64,000 nt of DNA, taken from assembly GCA_022819505.1 (NCBI GenBank), contig JAJEHD010000018.1:627663-691662 (forward strand), written 5' to 3'. The notes beneath the pieces are model-generated. The model worked only from the letters and a program-made list of their open reading frames with translations. It had not been told where the DNA came from and ran no database searches. Position numbers and translations under genes: made by a program. This DNA is from Acidimicrobiia bacterium. Lineage in GTDB: Bacteria > Actinomycetota > Acidimicrobiia > Acidimicrobiales > Aldehydirespiratoraceae. Position 1 is the first letter of the stretch. Each line of letters begins with the position of its first letter. Below, piece by piece: positions 1 through 9,304 of this stretch.

Positions 1-675
1 GGCCAGGGCATCGGCGTCGGGCGTCTCGGCCACCGGAACCGGGAACGCCTCCATGAGTGGCCCGTAAACCTCGTCCACCTGGCCGGCCCGCAGCAGCGGG
101 GTGTCGACCGGCCCCGGGGCGATCACGTTGAGCCTGATGCCCTGGCCGACCCACGGCTCCGTCACCGCTGCCCGGCGGCACCAGCGGGTGATGGCCAGCT
201 TGGCTCCCCCGTAGGCGACCGCGGGCGCGAACACCGGTTCGACCGTCTCGACGATCGCCACCGCGTCCTCCTCGCGGCCGTCGAGGTAGGCGTCGATCAG
301 GTCGTCGGGCAGGTTGGGAGTAGTGGTCGACGAATTCGACCCGAACTGCACGACCTGAGCCCCGCCCGAAGCGGCCAGGGCAGGCCTCAGCCCTTCCAGC
401 AGAGCCTGCGAGCCGAAGTAGTTGACCCGGGCGATGAGCGCGCCGGCCACGGGCGGAGCCACGCCCGCAGCCGAGACCACGCCATCGAGCACGCCGCCTG
501 AGGTGTCGATCACGGCGGCAACCGCTCTGTTACGGCCCTCGGCCGTGGCGAGATCGGCGATCACCTCCGCGTCGTGCAGGTCGACGCCGATGACCCGGTG
601 TCCTGCGGCTTCGAGCCGGTCCCGGGTGGCCGCCCCCATACCAGAAGCCGATCCGCTGATCGCGTAAGTGCCCAT
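1..675 (-). CDS. SDR-family oxidoreductase, 3' end cut by window edge
   Basis: Absent from the ORF track because no stop lies in the window. Minus-strand ATG at 675-673 opens an uninterrupted frame to position 1 (checked codon by codon): MGTYAISGSASGMGAATRDRLEAAGHRVIGVDL... Gly-rich Rossmann turn, Y-x3-K (AYGGAKLA) and NVIAPGPVDTPLL are all SDR-like. Confidence 0.75.
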   Translation of the reverse strand, partial: MGTYAISGSASGMGAATRDRLEAAGHRVIGVDLHDAEVIADLATAEGRNRAVAAVIDTSGGVLDGVVSAAGVAPPVAGALIARVNYFGSQALLEGLRPALAASGGAQVVQFGSNSSTTTPNLPDDLIDAYLDGREEDAVAIVETVEPVFAPAVAYGGAKLAITRWCRRAAVTEPWVGQGIRLNVIAPGPVDTPLLRAGQVDEVYGPLMEAFPVPVAETPDADALA

Positions 676-690
676 GGCCTCAACGCTACG

Positions 691-1119
691 TCACGCAACC
701 AGCGGGTTGATCCAGGACACCTCAGTGAAGCGGGCGAAGTCAGAGTCGGCCGACACGACGGCCAAGCCGTGCTCGATGCACAGCGCGGCCAGCGCGGCGT
801 CCGGCACGAGGTTGGCGCTGAGGCGCAGATCGCGCACCAGCCGGCCCAGGATCTCACGATGTCCCGATCCGGGCTGGGGGATCCAGGAGTTCCGGGCGTC
901 GAGCCAGGCTTCTACGATGTCCCAAGCGTCGTCCGGCGCCAGCGGATCGGGAACGGCGCGAGGGTTGGTGGCGATCCGCATGAACCCCGTCAGCGACTGC
1001 CACGGCAAACCCACCCGCCGGGGGCCGTTCAGGGCGTCCTCCAGCCACTGTCTGGCCGCTGGATGGAACGGGCTGGCCTCGTCCACTGCGTACAGCAGGA
1101 TGTTGGCGTCGACGAGCAC
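691..1119 (-). CDS. vapC: PIN-domain toxin (VapC family ribonuclease)
   Basis: 142 aa. N-terminus MLVDANILLYA carries the conserved PIN Asp, and the C-terminus has an acidic SADSDF motif. It lies 8 nt downstream of a small RHH gene. Confidence 0.85.
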   Translation of the reverse strand: MLVDANILLYAVDEASPFHPAARQWLEDALNGPRRVGLPWQSLTGFMRIATNPRAVPDPLAPDDAWDIVEAWLDARNSWIPQPGSGHREILGRLVRDLRLSANLVPDAALAALCIEHGLAVVSADSDFARFTEVSWINPLVA

Positions 1120-1126
1120 CTGACGG

Positions 1127-1366
1127 TCACCGGGTCCGGGAGCCTTCGAGGGCGTCTATCGCATCGGCGACGTTGGAGACATCGATCCTGAGGTTGAGCC
1201 GGCGGGTCCGCTGCACGAACGGGGATGGTTCAGGCCCGCCGTCCTCAACCAGGAGACCGCGGCGGACCAGGTGGTTGACCGCTTCCGATACTCCCATCCC
1301 CGTCCTGTTGCGCAGCCGGTCCAGAGCCCGCGCAGTATCCTCCTCGAATTCGATCGTGGTTCGCAT
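1127..1366 (-). CDS. vapB: Ribbon-helix-helix antitoxin (VapB/CopG-like)
   Basis: 79 aa. MRTTIEFEEDTARALDRL is a typical RHH N-terminus. It sits directly upstream of the PIN gene. Confidence 0.8.
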   Translation of the reverse strand: MRTTIEFEEDTARALDRLRNRTGMGVSEAVNHLVRRGLLVEDGGPEPSPFVQRTRRLNLRIDVSNVADAIDALEGSRTR

Positions 1367-1415
1367 GTCGAGAATCTAACACTTACATGCATAGTTCAGC
1401 ACATGTACATGCGCC
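1367..1415. promoter_or_regulatory. Putative vapBC promoter/operator in the divergent intergenic region
   Basis: Locally AT-rich. Three ACATG half-sites at 1385, 1401 and 1407 include the perfect 10-bp palindrome CATGTACATG (1402-1411). A minus-strand TAGATT (1373-1378) lies 6 nt from the vapB ATG, which fits a leaderless transcript. Confidence 0.4.
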
Positions 1416-1481
1416 TTGAAGGGTTGAGGCCAGTGGCGTCGAGTGGGTGCCGTCGGGGCGGGTCAGGGCCAGACTGTGACT

Positions 1482-2213
1482 ATGGACTCCGAAGCGATCG
1501 TCAACCAGATCGAACTCGACGGCCGTCGCCTGATCGAGGTGGCCCGGTCCGATCTCGAGGCGGCGGTGCCGACCTGCGGCGATTGGAACCTGCGCGAACT
1601 GGCCGGGCACATGGGGTGGGTCCATGGTCTGGTCGGCAGCTACGTGGCCAGCCGGGCCACTGAGCCCCTGGGCCGGGAGCAGATTCCCCAGGTGCCCGAC
1701 GATGACTCGGCGGTGGACTTCGCGGCTGAGGCGCTCGACCGGCTCGTTGATGCCCTGGCCGGAATCGAGCCCGACACTCCGGTGTGGAACTGGTCGCCCC
1801 GGCCCGATGCCGGCTTCTACTTCCGCCGGATGCTGCACGAGACCAGCGTGCACCGCTGGGACGCCGAGAACGCGGTGGGGGTGACCGGCCCGGTCGATGG
1901 GGACCAGGGCCGGGACGGGGTGGACGAGTTCTTCGAGTTCGTGCTGCCCAACGCCCAGAATCGCAAGCGGCGGGATCTGCCGGCAGGGAGCCTCCACCTG
2001 CATCGCACCGACGGCGAGGGCGAGTGGATCGTGCACGCCCAGGGCGATGACGTGGTGTTCGAGCGTGCCCATGTGAAGGGGGACGCCGCGGTGCGGGGAC
2101 CGGGCGGCGCCCTGTTCCTGGCCATGTGGAACCGGTTGCCGCTCGACGACGACTCGCTGTCGGTGGTCGGCGACGAGGCCACCGCGCAGGCATGGGCGGC
2201 TCTCGCTCCGTGA
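1482..2213 (+). CDS. DinB-like / maleylpyruvate-isomerase-family mycothiol-dependent enzyme
   Basis: The ORF 1443-2213 has an internal ATG at 1482 (MDSEAIVNQIE). WNLRELAGHM...HETSVHRWD is the histidine pattern of the DinB/MDMPI N-terminal domain. Confidence 0.75.
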   Translation: MDSEAIVNQIELDGRRLIEVARSDLEAAVPTCGDWNLRELAGHMGWVHGLVGSYVASRATEPLGREQIPQVPDDDSAVDFAAEALDRLVDALAGIEPDTPVWNWSPRPDAGFYFRRMLHETSVHRWDAENAVGVTGPVDGDQGRDGVDEFFEFVLPNAQNRKRRDLPAGSLHLHRTDGEGEWIVHAQGDDVVFERAHVKGDAAVRGPGGALFLAMWNRLPLDDDSLSVVGDEATAQAWAALAP

Positions 2214-3004
2214 ACGAGGGCGCCGACCGGTCGGGCGCCGAGCCGGGCGGGGCGCCGGGCGCTCCGCCCGGGGTGCCCGAGCCGGTCGATTCCGGCAGCT
2301 CGGCGACCGAGCCCCGGGAACTCGCAAGGACGTCGCGCCAGGCGGTGTGGGGCTGGCGAAGCAACCTCGACCAGTTCATGCCGGTGGTGCTGTTCCTGGT
2401 CTTCTACAACCTCGCGAACACCGAGGTGGCCGTGATCGCGGCCACCGCGTGGTCGGTGAAGGCGGCCTACAGCCGCCGCCGCCGGGGCCTGCCGATCGGC
2501 GCCTGGCTGCCCGCCATCACCGGATACCTCTTGGCCCGGGCGGCGGTAAGCATCGCAGTCGAGCGGGACCTGGTGGACTTCGGCGTGAGCAGCGAGGCCG
2601 TCTATTTCGGCATCGGTATCGGCACCAAGATGCTGGTCGGCGTGGCCGCTGCGGTCACGATCCTCGTAGGAAGGCCCTTCATGGTGTGGGTGGCCCATCG
2701 CTTCCTGAACCTGCCCGAGGAGCTCAAGCACAACCCCGACTTCCTGGCGACACTGCGCAACGTCACCTGGGTGATCACCGTCTACGAGGTCGGTTCGGCG
2801 GTGTGGGACTTCTGGCTCTACAACAGCGCGGGGGTCAACCTGTTCCTGGTCACCCGCCAGGTGGTGAACTTCGTGGCGGCCTTCCTGCTGATCTTCGCCA
2901 CCCTCCTGTACGTCGACCGCCGGTTCTCCAAGATCGACGGCTGTCCGAGCCTGGTCGACCTCATCAGTGGGGCCACCGGCCGGGCCCCCGCCGACGGTTC
3001 GTGA
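2210..3004 (+). CDS. Polytopic membrane protein (DUF3159-like)
   Basis: Frame of ORF 2126-3004. A GTG at 2210 overlaps the upstream stop (GTGA); alternative starts are 2192 and 2378. Several hydrophobic spans are present (PVVLFLVFYNL, GIGIGTKMLVGVAAAVTILV, VVNFVAAFLLIFATLLYV). Confidence 0.6.
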   Translation: MNEGADRSGAEPGGAPGAPPGVPEPVDSGSSATEPRELARTSRQAVWGWRSNLDQFMPVVLFLVFYNLANTEVAVIAATAWSVKAAYSRRRRGLPIGAWLPAITGYLLARAAVSIAVERDLVDFGVSSEAVYFGIGIGTKMLVGVAAAVTILVGRPFMVWVAHRFLNLPEELKHNPDFLATLRNVTWVITVYEVGSAVWDFWLYNSAGVNLFLVTRQVVNFVAAFLLIFATLLYVDRRFSKIDGCPSLVDLISGATGRAPADGS

Positions 3005-3846
3005 CCGGCCCCGCGCCGTCGCCCGGCCGTCTGCGGGGCAGGTCGGTACTCGTCACCGGAGGCGGCACCGGCATCGGAAGGGCGTGCGCGGCCCGGCTGG
3101 CGGCCGAGGGGGCGGCGGTAACGATCTGCGGGCGAACCCCCCAGACATTGGCCGCGGCCGCCGAGAGCATCTCATGCGACGACGGGGGATCGGTGTCCTA
3201 CGAGGTCGCCGACGTGACCTCCGAGGAGGACATGTCGCGGGTGGCCGAGGCTGCCTGCGACGCCGCCGGGCACCTGCACGGCGTGGTGGCCAACGCCGGA
3301 GGCGGGGGACGGATGGGGCCGTACCACCTGCTCGACACCGACGACTTCAAGCGGGTGCTCGATCTCAACGTGGTCGGCACCATGCTCACCATCAAGCACA
3401 CCACCGAACGCATGGCCGCCGCGGGCGGAGGGTCCTTCGTGGCGATGTCGTCACTGGCCGGGGCGGTGACCCACCCGTACTTCGGGGCCTACACCGCGGG
3501 CAAGGCCGGCATCGAGGCGATGATCCGCAACGCGGCCGACGAGTTCGGGCCGGCGGGCGTGCGCTTCAACGCGGTCAGGCCCGGGTTCATCGCCACCGAG
3601 ATCATGGAGGCCATCCCCCGCGACTCCGCCGTGTACGACAGCTACGTCCAGAACACGCCCCTCGGCGGTGTCGGCGAGCCCTCCGATGTAGCCGCGCTGG
3701 TGGCCTTCCTGATCTCGGACGAGGCCCGCTGGATCACCGGCACCGCCATCAACGTCGACGGCGGGCACAGCCTGCGTCGCGGGCCCGACTTCGGATCGTT
3801 CCTGCCCTACGGCGACGACGTTAGGTCGGGCCGGGCCCGGCCCTAG
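3001..3846 (+). CDS. SDR-family oxidoreductase
   Basis: Frame of ORF 2347-3846, with the real start taken as GTG 3001 (GTGA overlap with the upstream stop). VTGGGTGIG Rossmann motif, NAGG, SSLAG...YTAGKAG (S/Y-x3-K), PGFIATE. Confidence 0.85.
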   Translation: MTGPAPSPGRLRGRSVLVTGGGTGIGRACAARLAAEGAAVTICGRTPQTLAAAAESISCDDGGSVSYEVADVTSEEDMSRVAEAACDAAGHLHGVVANAGGGGRMGPYHLLDTDDFKRVLDLNVVGTMLTIKHTTERMAAAGGGSFVAMSSLAGAVTHPYFGAYTAGKAGIEAMIRNAADEFGPAGVRFNAVRPGFIATEIMEAIPRDSAVYDSYVQNTPLGGVGEPSDVAALVAFLISDEARWITGTAINVDGGHSLRRGPDFGSFLPYGDDVRSGRARP

Positions 3847-3876
3847 TCCTGAGCGAGAGGCCGAGCGAGTAGTCAG

Positions 3877-5979
3877 CTATACGGCTCGCAGGCGCTCCCA
3901 TTCGTCGAGCAGGCTGGAGTCCACCTCTCGCACCAGCGCGCCCAGCCACTCGATCACCTCGGCCAGGCGGTCGTTGACCGCCGCGGCCGGCACCGTCTGC
4001 GCTAAGGCCTTGTAGCAGTCGGTGAGGTAGCGCAGCACCAGGCCCTCGGAGCGCTTGAGCCCGTAGCGGCTCACGTACTGGTTGAAGGTGTCGGTGTGCT
4101 CGACCATGTCGCGCACCACCGACTTGGGGCTGGGACGCAGATGCCCGACCCACGGGTGGTGGCGGGCGAACACCTCGAAGGCGGGCTCAATGTACTCGGC
4201 CTCGGGCTTCGGCCAGGTCACCTCGGCCAGCCGGGCCATGCGCTCCTCATAGTCGACGCCTTCGTCCTTCATCCTGGTCACCAACTCGTCGCGGGCCTTG
4301 TCCCGCTGGGCGAGCAGCACCGCCATCGGATCCTCCAGCACCGATTCGGCGACGCTGAGGACTTGCATGTGGTAGTCGGTTGCCTCCGGGTCGAGGACCG
4401 AGACGGCCTCCACCGCGAACAGTCCGAGCGGCTGGTTGAGCCGGAACTCGTCCTGGAGGTCGAGGTTCACCCGCACCGGGCGGCCCAGGTCGTCGGGCTC
4501 GTCGAGCACCTCCACGATCCCCGCGTCGATCAGGGACCGGAACACACCCACCGCCTTGCGGATGTGGCGGCGCTGGCGGGGCCGGGGCTCGTGGTTGTCG
4601 ACCAGCAGACCCTTCATGGCCGTGCAGCCGTCGCCGGGCCGGTCCAGGACGTTGAGCATCATGGCGTGGGTCACGTCGAAGCTCGACTCCAGCGTCTCGG
4701 GGGTGCCCTCCCAGAGCCGGGTGAGGGTCTTGTCGTCGTAGTGGGCGTAGCCCCGATCCGGAGGCCTCTTCTTCACCAGCTTGCGCAGCTTCTTGGGATC
4801 GCCGGCAGCCCGCATCTCGGCCCGCTTGTTCTCCACCGCGTGCTGGGGTGCCTGCACCCACACGCTGCCGACGGTGTCGAAGCCCCGCCGGCCGGCCCGG
4901 CCCGCGATCTGCTGGAAGTCCCGCACCGACAGCACCCGCGTGCGGCGGCCGTCGTACTTGTAGAGCTGGGTGAACAGCACGGTCCGGATCGGGACGTTGA
5001 CACCCACGCCGAGGGTGTCGGTGCCGCAGATCAGCTTTAGATGGCCCTGCTGGGCCAGCTTCTCGACCAGCAGCCGGTACTTGGGCAGCATCCCGGCGTG
5101 GTGCACGCCGATTCCGGCCAGCACGAACCGGCGCAGGTCCTTGCCGATCGGGGTGTCGAAGCGGAACCCGCCCACCGCCTCCTTCACGGCTTCCTTCTCG
5201 TCGGGTCCGAGAACCTTGAGGCTGGTGAGGCTCTGGGCCCGGGCGGTGGCCTCCCGCTGGGTGAAGTGCACGATGTACACGGGAGCGCGGCCGGCGGAGA
5301 GCAGCTGCTCGATCGACACGTGCAGCGGGGTCTCCCGGTACTCGACATCGAGGGGGACCGGACGCTCGGCCGACGCGACCAGGGCGGTGTCACGCCCGGT
5401 GCGGGCGGTCAGGTCGCGGCGGAGAGCGCTGGTGTCGCCGAGGGTGGCCGACATGAGCAGGAACCTGGGCTTCGGAAGCTGCAGCAGCGGCACCTGCCAG
5501 GCCCAGCCGCGGTCGCGGTCGCCGTAGTAGTGGAACTCGTCCATCACCACGAGGTCTGCAGGAGTGTCGGCGCCGGATCGCAGCGCTCGCTGGGCCAGGA
5601 TCTCCGCGGTGCAGGCGATCACGGGGGCATCACCGTTGACCGACGCGTCGCCGGTGACCATTCCCACCTCGGAGGGGCCGAACGCCGCGGTCAACTCGAA
5701 GAACTTCTCGCTGACCAGAGCCTTGATGGGAGCGGTGTACACGGCCCGGCGGCCCTGAGCCAGCATGGCGAAGGCACCGGCCAGGGCCACCAGCGACTTG
5801 CCCGAGCCGGTGGGCGTGGACAGCACCACGTTCTCTCCGGCCAGCAGGCGCAGCACCGCCTCCTCCTGGTGCGGGTACAGCTCGAGGCTGGCAGCCGCCG
5901 ACCACTCGATGAAGGCGTCCAGCAGCTCGTCGACGCCGGGAGTGCCGGGCAGGAAGTCGCCTAGAGCGGGCAGTGCCAT
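3877..5979 (-). CDS. DEAD/DEAH-box (DExH) superfamily-2 helicase with long C-terminal domain (DUF3516-like)
   Basis: 700 aa. Walker A TPTGSGKS, motif II MDEFHYY, SAT motif MSATLG, HHAGMLP, QIAGRAGRRG. Confidence 0.85.
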   Translation of the reverse strand: MALPALGDFLPGTPGVDELLDAFIEWSAAASLELYPHQEEAVLRLLAGENVVLSTPTGSGKSLVALAGAFAMLAQGRRAVYTAPIKALVSEKFFELTAAFGPSEVGMVTGDASVNGDAPVIACTAEILAQRALRSGADTPADLVVMDEFHYYGDRDRGWAWQVPLLQLPKPRFLLMSATLGDTSALRRDLTARTGRDTALVASAERPVPLDVEYRETPLHVSIEQLLSAGRAPVYIVHFTQREATARAQSLTSLKVLGPDEKEAVKEAVGGFRFDTPIGKDLRRFVLAGIGVHHAGMLPKYRLLVEKLAQQGHLKLICGTDTLGVGVNVPIRTVLFTQLYKYDGRRTRVLSVRDFQQIAGRAGRRGFDTVGSVWVQAPQHAVENKRAEMRAAGDPKKLRKLVKKRPPDRGYAHYDDKTLTRLWEGTPETLESSFDVTHAMMLNVLDRPGDGCTAMKGLLVDNHEPRPRQRRHIRKAVGVFRSLIDAGIVEVLDEPDDLGRPVRVNLDLQDEFRLNQPLGLFAVEAVSVLDPEATDYHMQVLSVAESVLEDPMAVLLAQRDKARDELVTRMKDEGVDYEERMARLAEVTWPKPEAEYIEPAFEVFARHHPWVGHLRPSPKSVVRDMVEHTDTFNQYVSRYGLKRSEGLVLRYLTDCYKALAQTVPAAAVNDRLAEVIEWLGALVREVDSSLLDEWERLRAV

Positions 5980-6016
5980 TCGGACCGCAGGCTAGGTGGG
6001 GATTACCGTTGTCTTG

Positions 6017-7297
6017 ATGTCGAACGACGATTCACCGGCGGCGGACGCCGGATCGTCGACGACTGGCGACGCTCGGATCGGGCCGAGGCTCTGGGCGCTC
6101 TTCGGAGTGACGTTCCTGTCGATGGCGATGACCATGGGGCAGCTGACGATTCTGGGCAAGCAGGTGTTCGACATGACCGGCCGCCCGCTGTACCTGGGGT
6201 TCCTGGGGCTGGCCGAGTTCGTGCCGGCATTCCTGCTGGCACCCGTCACCGGCATGGTCGCGGACCGGTTCGAGCGTCGATACGTGTACGCCTGGGGCCT
6301 CGGCGGCGAGGCCCTCGCCTCCGTCGGTCTGTTCTTCTATGTCTTGACCGATCCCACATCGGTGCTCCCCATCTACGCCCTAGTCGTCGTGTTCGGCACC
6401 GCCCGGGCCTTCCTCATGGCGGTGAGCCGGGCCCTGCCGGTGGATCTGGCCCCCGAAGGGTCCCGAGAGCGGACGGTCGCACTGAATGTCGTGGCCTGGC
6501 AGGCGGGCTTCATCGTCGGCCCGGTGTCGTTCGGCTTCGCCTTCGAGGTCGATCCGGCCCTCCCGTACCTGCTGGCCGCCTGGTCCTCGGCGGCCGGGAT
6601 CGGCCTCCTCATGCTGCTGCCGACCAGCGCAGTGCGGCGTGCCGCGTCCGCGTCCGGGGCCGGAGCACGGGCTGCACTGCGACACGCGCTCGAGGGCTTG
6701 CGCTACGTCCGGCGCAACCGGGTGGTGCTCGGGGCGATCTCCCTCGATCTGTTCGCCGTGTTCATGGGCGGCGCTCACGCGCTGCTGCCCGCCATCGCCG
6801 AGGAGCGCCTGGGTGTGGGCGCCGTCGGCCTCGGCTGGCTGGCGGCCGCTTTCGGCATCGGGGCCTCGGTGGTGATGGTTGCCCTGGCGGTGCGACCACT
6901 CCAGCGGCGGGTGGGTCCGTCGCTGCTGGCGGTGGTGGCTGCCTTCGGCGCGGGGGCGGTCGTGCTCGGCCTCACCGGTTCCTTCGTCGTCGCCTTCGTG
7001 GCGCTGCTGGTGATGGGCAGCGCGGACGCGGTCAGCGTCTTCATCCGCAGCACCCTGGTGCCGCTGGCCACGCCTGAGGACATGCGGGGGCGGGTCATGG
7101 CCGTCGAATACGTGTTCATCGGCGGCTCCAGCGAGTTGGGCGCGTTCAAGTCCGGCGTCGCCGGTGCCGTGCTCGGCGTGGCTGGAGCGGTGGTGTTCGG
7201 CGGCGTGGGGGCGTTGGCCGTGGTGGCGGTCTGCTGGGTGGTCTTTCCCGAGCTGCGAGGCATCGATCGCTTCGCCGAGGTGCATCCAGACAGCTAG
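6017..7297 (+). CDS. MFS transporter (copy 1 of a tandem pair)
   Basis: ORF 5996-7297. ATG 6017 (MSNDDSPAA) aligns with the paralogue's start. About 12 hydrophobic helices; MVADRFERR matches the MFS loop 2-3 motif. Confidence 0.85.
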   Translation: MSNDDSPAADAGSSTTGDARIGPRLWALFGVTFLSMAMTMGQLTILGKQVFDMTGRPLYLGFLGLAEFVPAFLLAPVTGMVADRFERRYVYAWGLGGEALASVGLFFYVLTDPTSVLPIYALVVVFGTARAFLMAVSRALPVDLAPEGSRERTVALNVVAWQAGFIVGPVSFGFAFEVDPALPYLLAAWSSAAGIGLLMLLPTSAVRRAASASGAGARAALRHALEGLRYVRRNRVVLGAISLDLFAVFMGGAHALLPAIAEERLGVGAVGLGWLAAAFGIGASVVMVALAVRPLQRRVGPSLLAVVAAFGAGAVVLGLTGSFVVAFVALLVMGSADAVSVFIRSTLVPLATPEDMRGRVMAVEYVFIGGSSELGAFKSGVAGAVLGVAGAVVFGGVGALAVVAVCWVVFPELRGIDRFAEVHPDS

Positions 7298-7346
7298 GCA
7301 CGGGTGACGCCGTTCCGGCCGGGGGCTGGGGTGGGGTTAGCGTTGA

Positions 7347-8630
7347 ATGATGCCGAACGACGATTCACCGGCGGCCGGCGCCGGGTCTTCGGCTCCTGAG
7401 GCTGCCCGCATCGCCCCGCGACTCTGGGCCCTGCCGGTCGTCATCTTCCTGACGGCGGCCATGACGGTGGGCCAGATCACCATCCTGGGCAAGCAGGTGT
7501 TCGACATGACCGGCAAGCCGCTCGACCTCGGTCTGCTGGGCCTGGCGGAGTTCGTCCCCACCCTGCTCCTCGCACCCCTCAGCGGCGTGCTGTCGGACCG
7601 GTTCGACCGGCGAGCCATGTACGCCTGCGGGCTGGTCGGCGAGGCGGCCGCCTCGGCCGGGATCTACCTGTACGTGGCGTCGGATCCGACCTCGGTCGTG
7701 CCGATCTTCCTGCTCGTCATCGCCTTCGGCTCGGCGCGGTCGGTGCTGAGCGCGGCCAGCAGGGTCATGCCGGTCGACCTCGCGCCTCCCGGCGCGGTCG
7801 AGCGGATGGTGGCGGTGTGCATGTCCGGCTGGCAGGCCGGTTTCGTCGTCGGGCCGGTCGTGTTCAGCTTCGTGTTCGTGGCCGACGTCGCCGCGCCCTA
7901 CCTGCTCGCGACCGTGGTGTCGCTGGCGGCTGCCGCGCTCCTCGCGGTCGTGCCCGCGAGCGGAGTGGCCCGTTCGGCGGCTGTCGTCGGTTCCGGGGTA
8001 CGGGCAGTGCTCGTCCACGCCCTGCAGGGACTCCGGTTCATCCGGAGCAACCGGGTCGTGCTGGGCATCATCTCCCTCGACCTGTTCGCGGTCCTGTTCG
8101 GCGGCGCGGTGGCGCTGCTTCCCGCGATCGCCGACGAGCGGCTCGGAGTCGGGGCAGTGGGACTCGGCTGGCTGCGAGCGGCGGTGGGGATCGGGGCGTT
8201 GGCGACCATGGCCGTCCTGGCCGCCCGGCCGTTGACGAGGCGCGTGGGCCTGATGCTGATGGCGGCGGTGGGGTTGTTCGGCCTGGGCACGATCGTGCTC
8301 GGCCTTACCCGGTCCTACGCGGTGGCGTTCATCGCACTGCTGGCGTTGAGCGGCGCCGACTCGGTGAGTGTCTTCGTGCGCAGCACCCTCGTGCCGCTGG
8401 CGACCCCCGAGGACATGCGGGGCCGGGTGATGGCGGTCGAGTACACCTTCGTCGGGGCCTCCAACGAGTTGGGTGCGTTCGAGTCCGGCGTCGCCGGGGC
8501 GCTGCTCGGGGTGGCCGGGGCCGTCGTGTTCGGCGGGGTCGGCACGCTGGCGGTGGTGGCCGCGTGGTGGCTGCTGTTCCCGGAACTGCGGAGGATCGAC
8601 CGCTTCGCCGAGGTGCGCCCCGACACCTGA
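7347..8630 (+). CDS. MFS transporter (copy 2 of a tandem pair)
   Basis: 427 aa, collinear with copy 1 along its whole length (for example TILGKQVFDMTG.PL, STLVPLATPEDMRGRVMAVEY, FPELR.IDRFAEV). Confidence 0.85.
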   Translation: MMPNDDSPAAGAGSSAPEAARIAPRLWALPVVIFLTAAMTVGQITILGKQVFDMTGKPLDLGLLGLAEFVPTLLLAPLSGVLSDRFDRRAMYACGLVGEAAASAGIYLYVASDPTSVVPIFLLVIAFGSARSVLSAASRVMPVDLAPPGAVERMVAVCMSGWQAGFVVGPVVFSFVFVADVAAPYLLATVVSLAAAALLAVVPASGVARSAAVVGSGVRAVLVHALQGLRFIRSNRVVLGIISLDLFAVLFGGAVALLPAIADERLGVGAVGLGWLRAAVGIGALATMAVLAARPLTRRVGLMLMAAVGLFGLGTIVLGLTRSYAVAFIALLALSGADSVSVFVRSTLVPLATPEDMRGRVMAVEYTFVGASNELGAFESGVAGALLGVAGAVVFGGVGTLAVVAAWWLLFPELRRIDRFAEVRPDT

Positions 8631-8717
8631 CAGCCACAGGAGCCCGACCACCAGAGGTGCAGTCGGGACGGCTATCGTCGGCGCGCCGCCGGTGCCGACG
8701 AGCTGAGGTGACAGCAG

Positions 8718-8906
8718 ATGAGGATCGTGCTCGAAGTGGACAGGTGCATCGGCAGCGCGAACTGCGAGATGGTCGCCCCGGACATCTTCGAGGTTCGGGA
8801 CGACATGGTGTGCCACATCCTCATCGAGGATCCCGGACCGGACCTCGAGGAGGACGCCGAGATGGCGGTGGAGGCGTGCCCGACCCGGGCTCTAAGGATC
8901 GAGTAG
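8718..8906 (+). CDS. Small single-cluster ferredoxin (3Fe-4S/4Fe-4S type)
   Basis: 62 aa. The pattern CIGSANCEMVAPDIF...ACPTRAL is typical of actinobacterial P450-type ferredoxins. Confidence 0.8.
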   Translation: MRIVLEVDRCIGSANCEMVAPDIFEVRDDMVCHILIEDPGPDLEEDAEMAVEACPTRALRIE

Positions 8907-8927
8907 ACCGCGACTATTCTGCGAGCC

Positions 8928-9302
8928 GTGGACGAAGTACGAGTCTTGGACAGCGGTGAGGCCTGTCCCGAGTTGACCATCGTCGAGAACGGGGGAAAGG
9001 CCCTTGCGGTCGTCTGGCCGGGAGTGGGAGCGCTGCACCGGTCGATGCACATGGTCAGGCTGGACGGCGACGGAAGGACCAAGCCCCTCAGCCACCCGTC
9101 GGACGCCGTCTACCACCTCTGCGAGGGATCGGCGACCGCGGTCAACGGTGACAGCGGCGAGAGCTTCGAGATCGGCGTGGGCGCGATGCTCCACATAGAC
9201 GCGGGCACGACGTACCGGATCGACGCCGGACCGGCCGGCGCCCTGCTGATCGGCGGGCCCTGCCCGCCCGACCCGGCCCAGTACCAGCACCTGGAGGACT
9301 GA
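8928..9302 (+). CDS. Cupin-domain protein with degenerate metal motifs
   Basis: 124 aa, GTG start. Beta-barrel cupin pattern, but motif 1 is SHPSD...E and motif 2 lacks the His (DAGTTYRI). Confidence 0.65.
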   Translation: MDEVRVLDSGEACPELTIVENGGKALAVVWPGVGALHRSMHMVRLDGDGRTKPLSHPSDAVYHLCEGSATAVNGDSGESFEIGVGAMLHIDAGTTYRIDAGPAGALLIGGPCPPDPAQYQHLED

Positions 9303-9304
9303 CC

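Noticed and set aside
2347-3846. A 499-aa fusion protein (long N-terminal extension plus SDR). Similar over-long ORFs occur at 28631-30313, 25748-27007, 40164-41813, 42636-43847 and 48666-50042.
   Set aside because: In each case the N-terminal part overlaps the upstream gene in another frame and is low-complexity. An internal ATG or GTG with an RBS or a 4-nt stop/start overlap gives a product of normal family length.
8631-8717. Rho-independent terminators after several genes, for example the CCCGAC...GTCGGG stem at 8643-8667, a 5-bp stem in the 38425-38457 gap and the 7-bp stem at 45149-45172.
   Set aside because: The stems are short (5-7 bp) with long loops and no U-tracts. They are not distinguishable from chance inverted repeats in GC-rich DNA. 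Only the 9680-9698 and 31337-31370 structures seemed strong enough to list.
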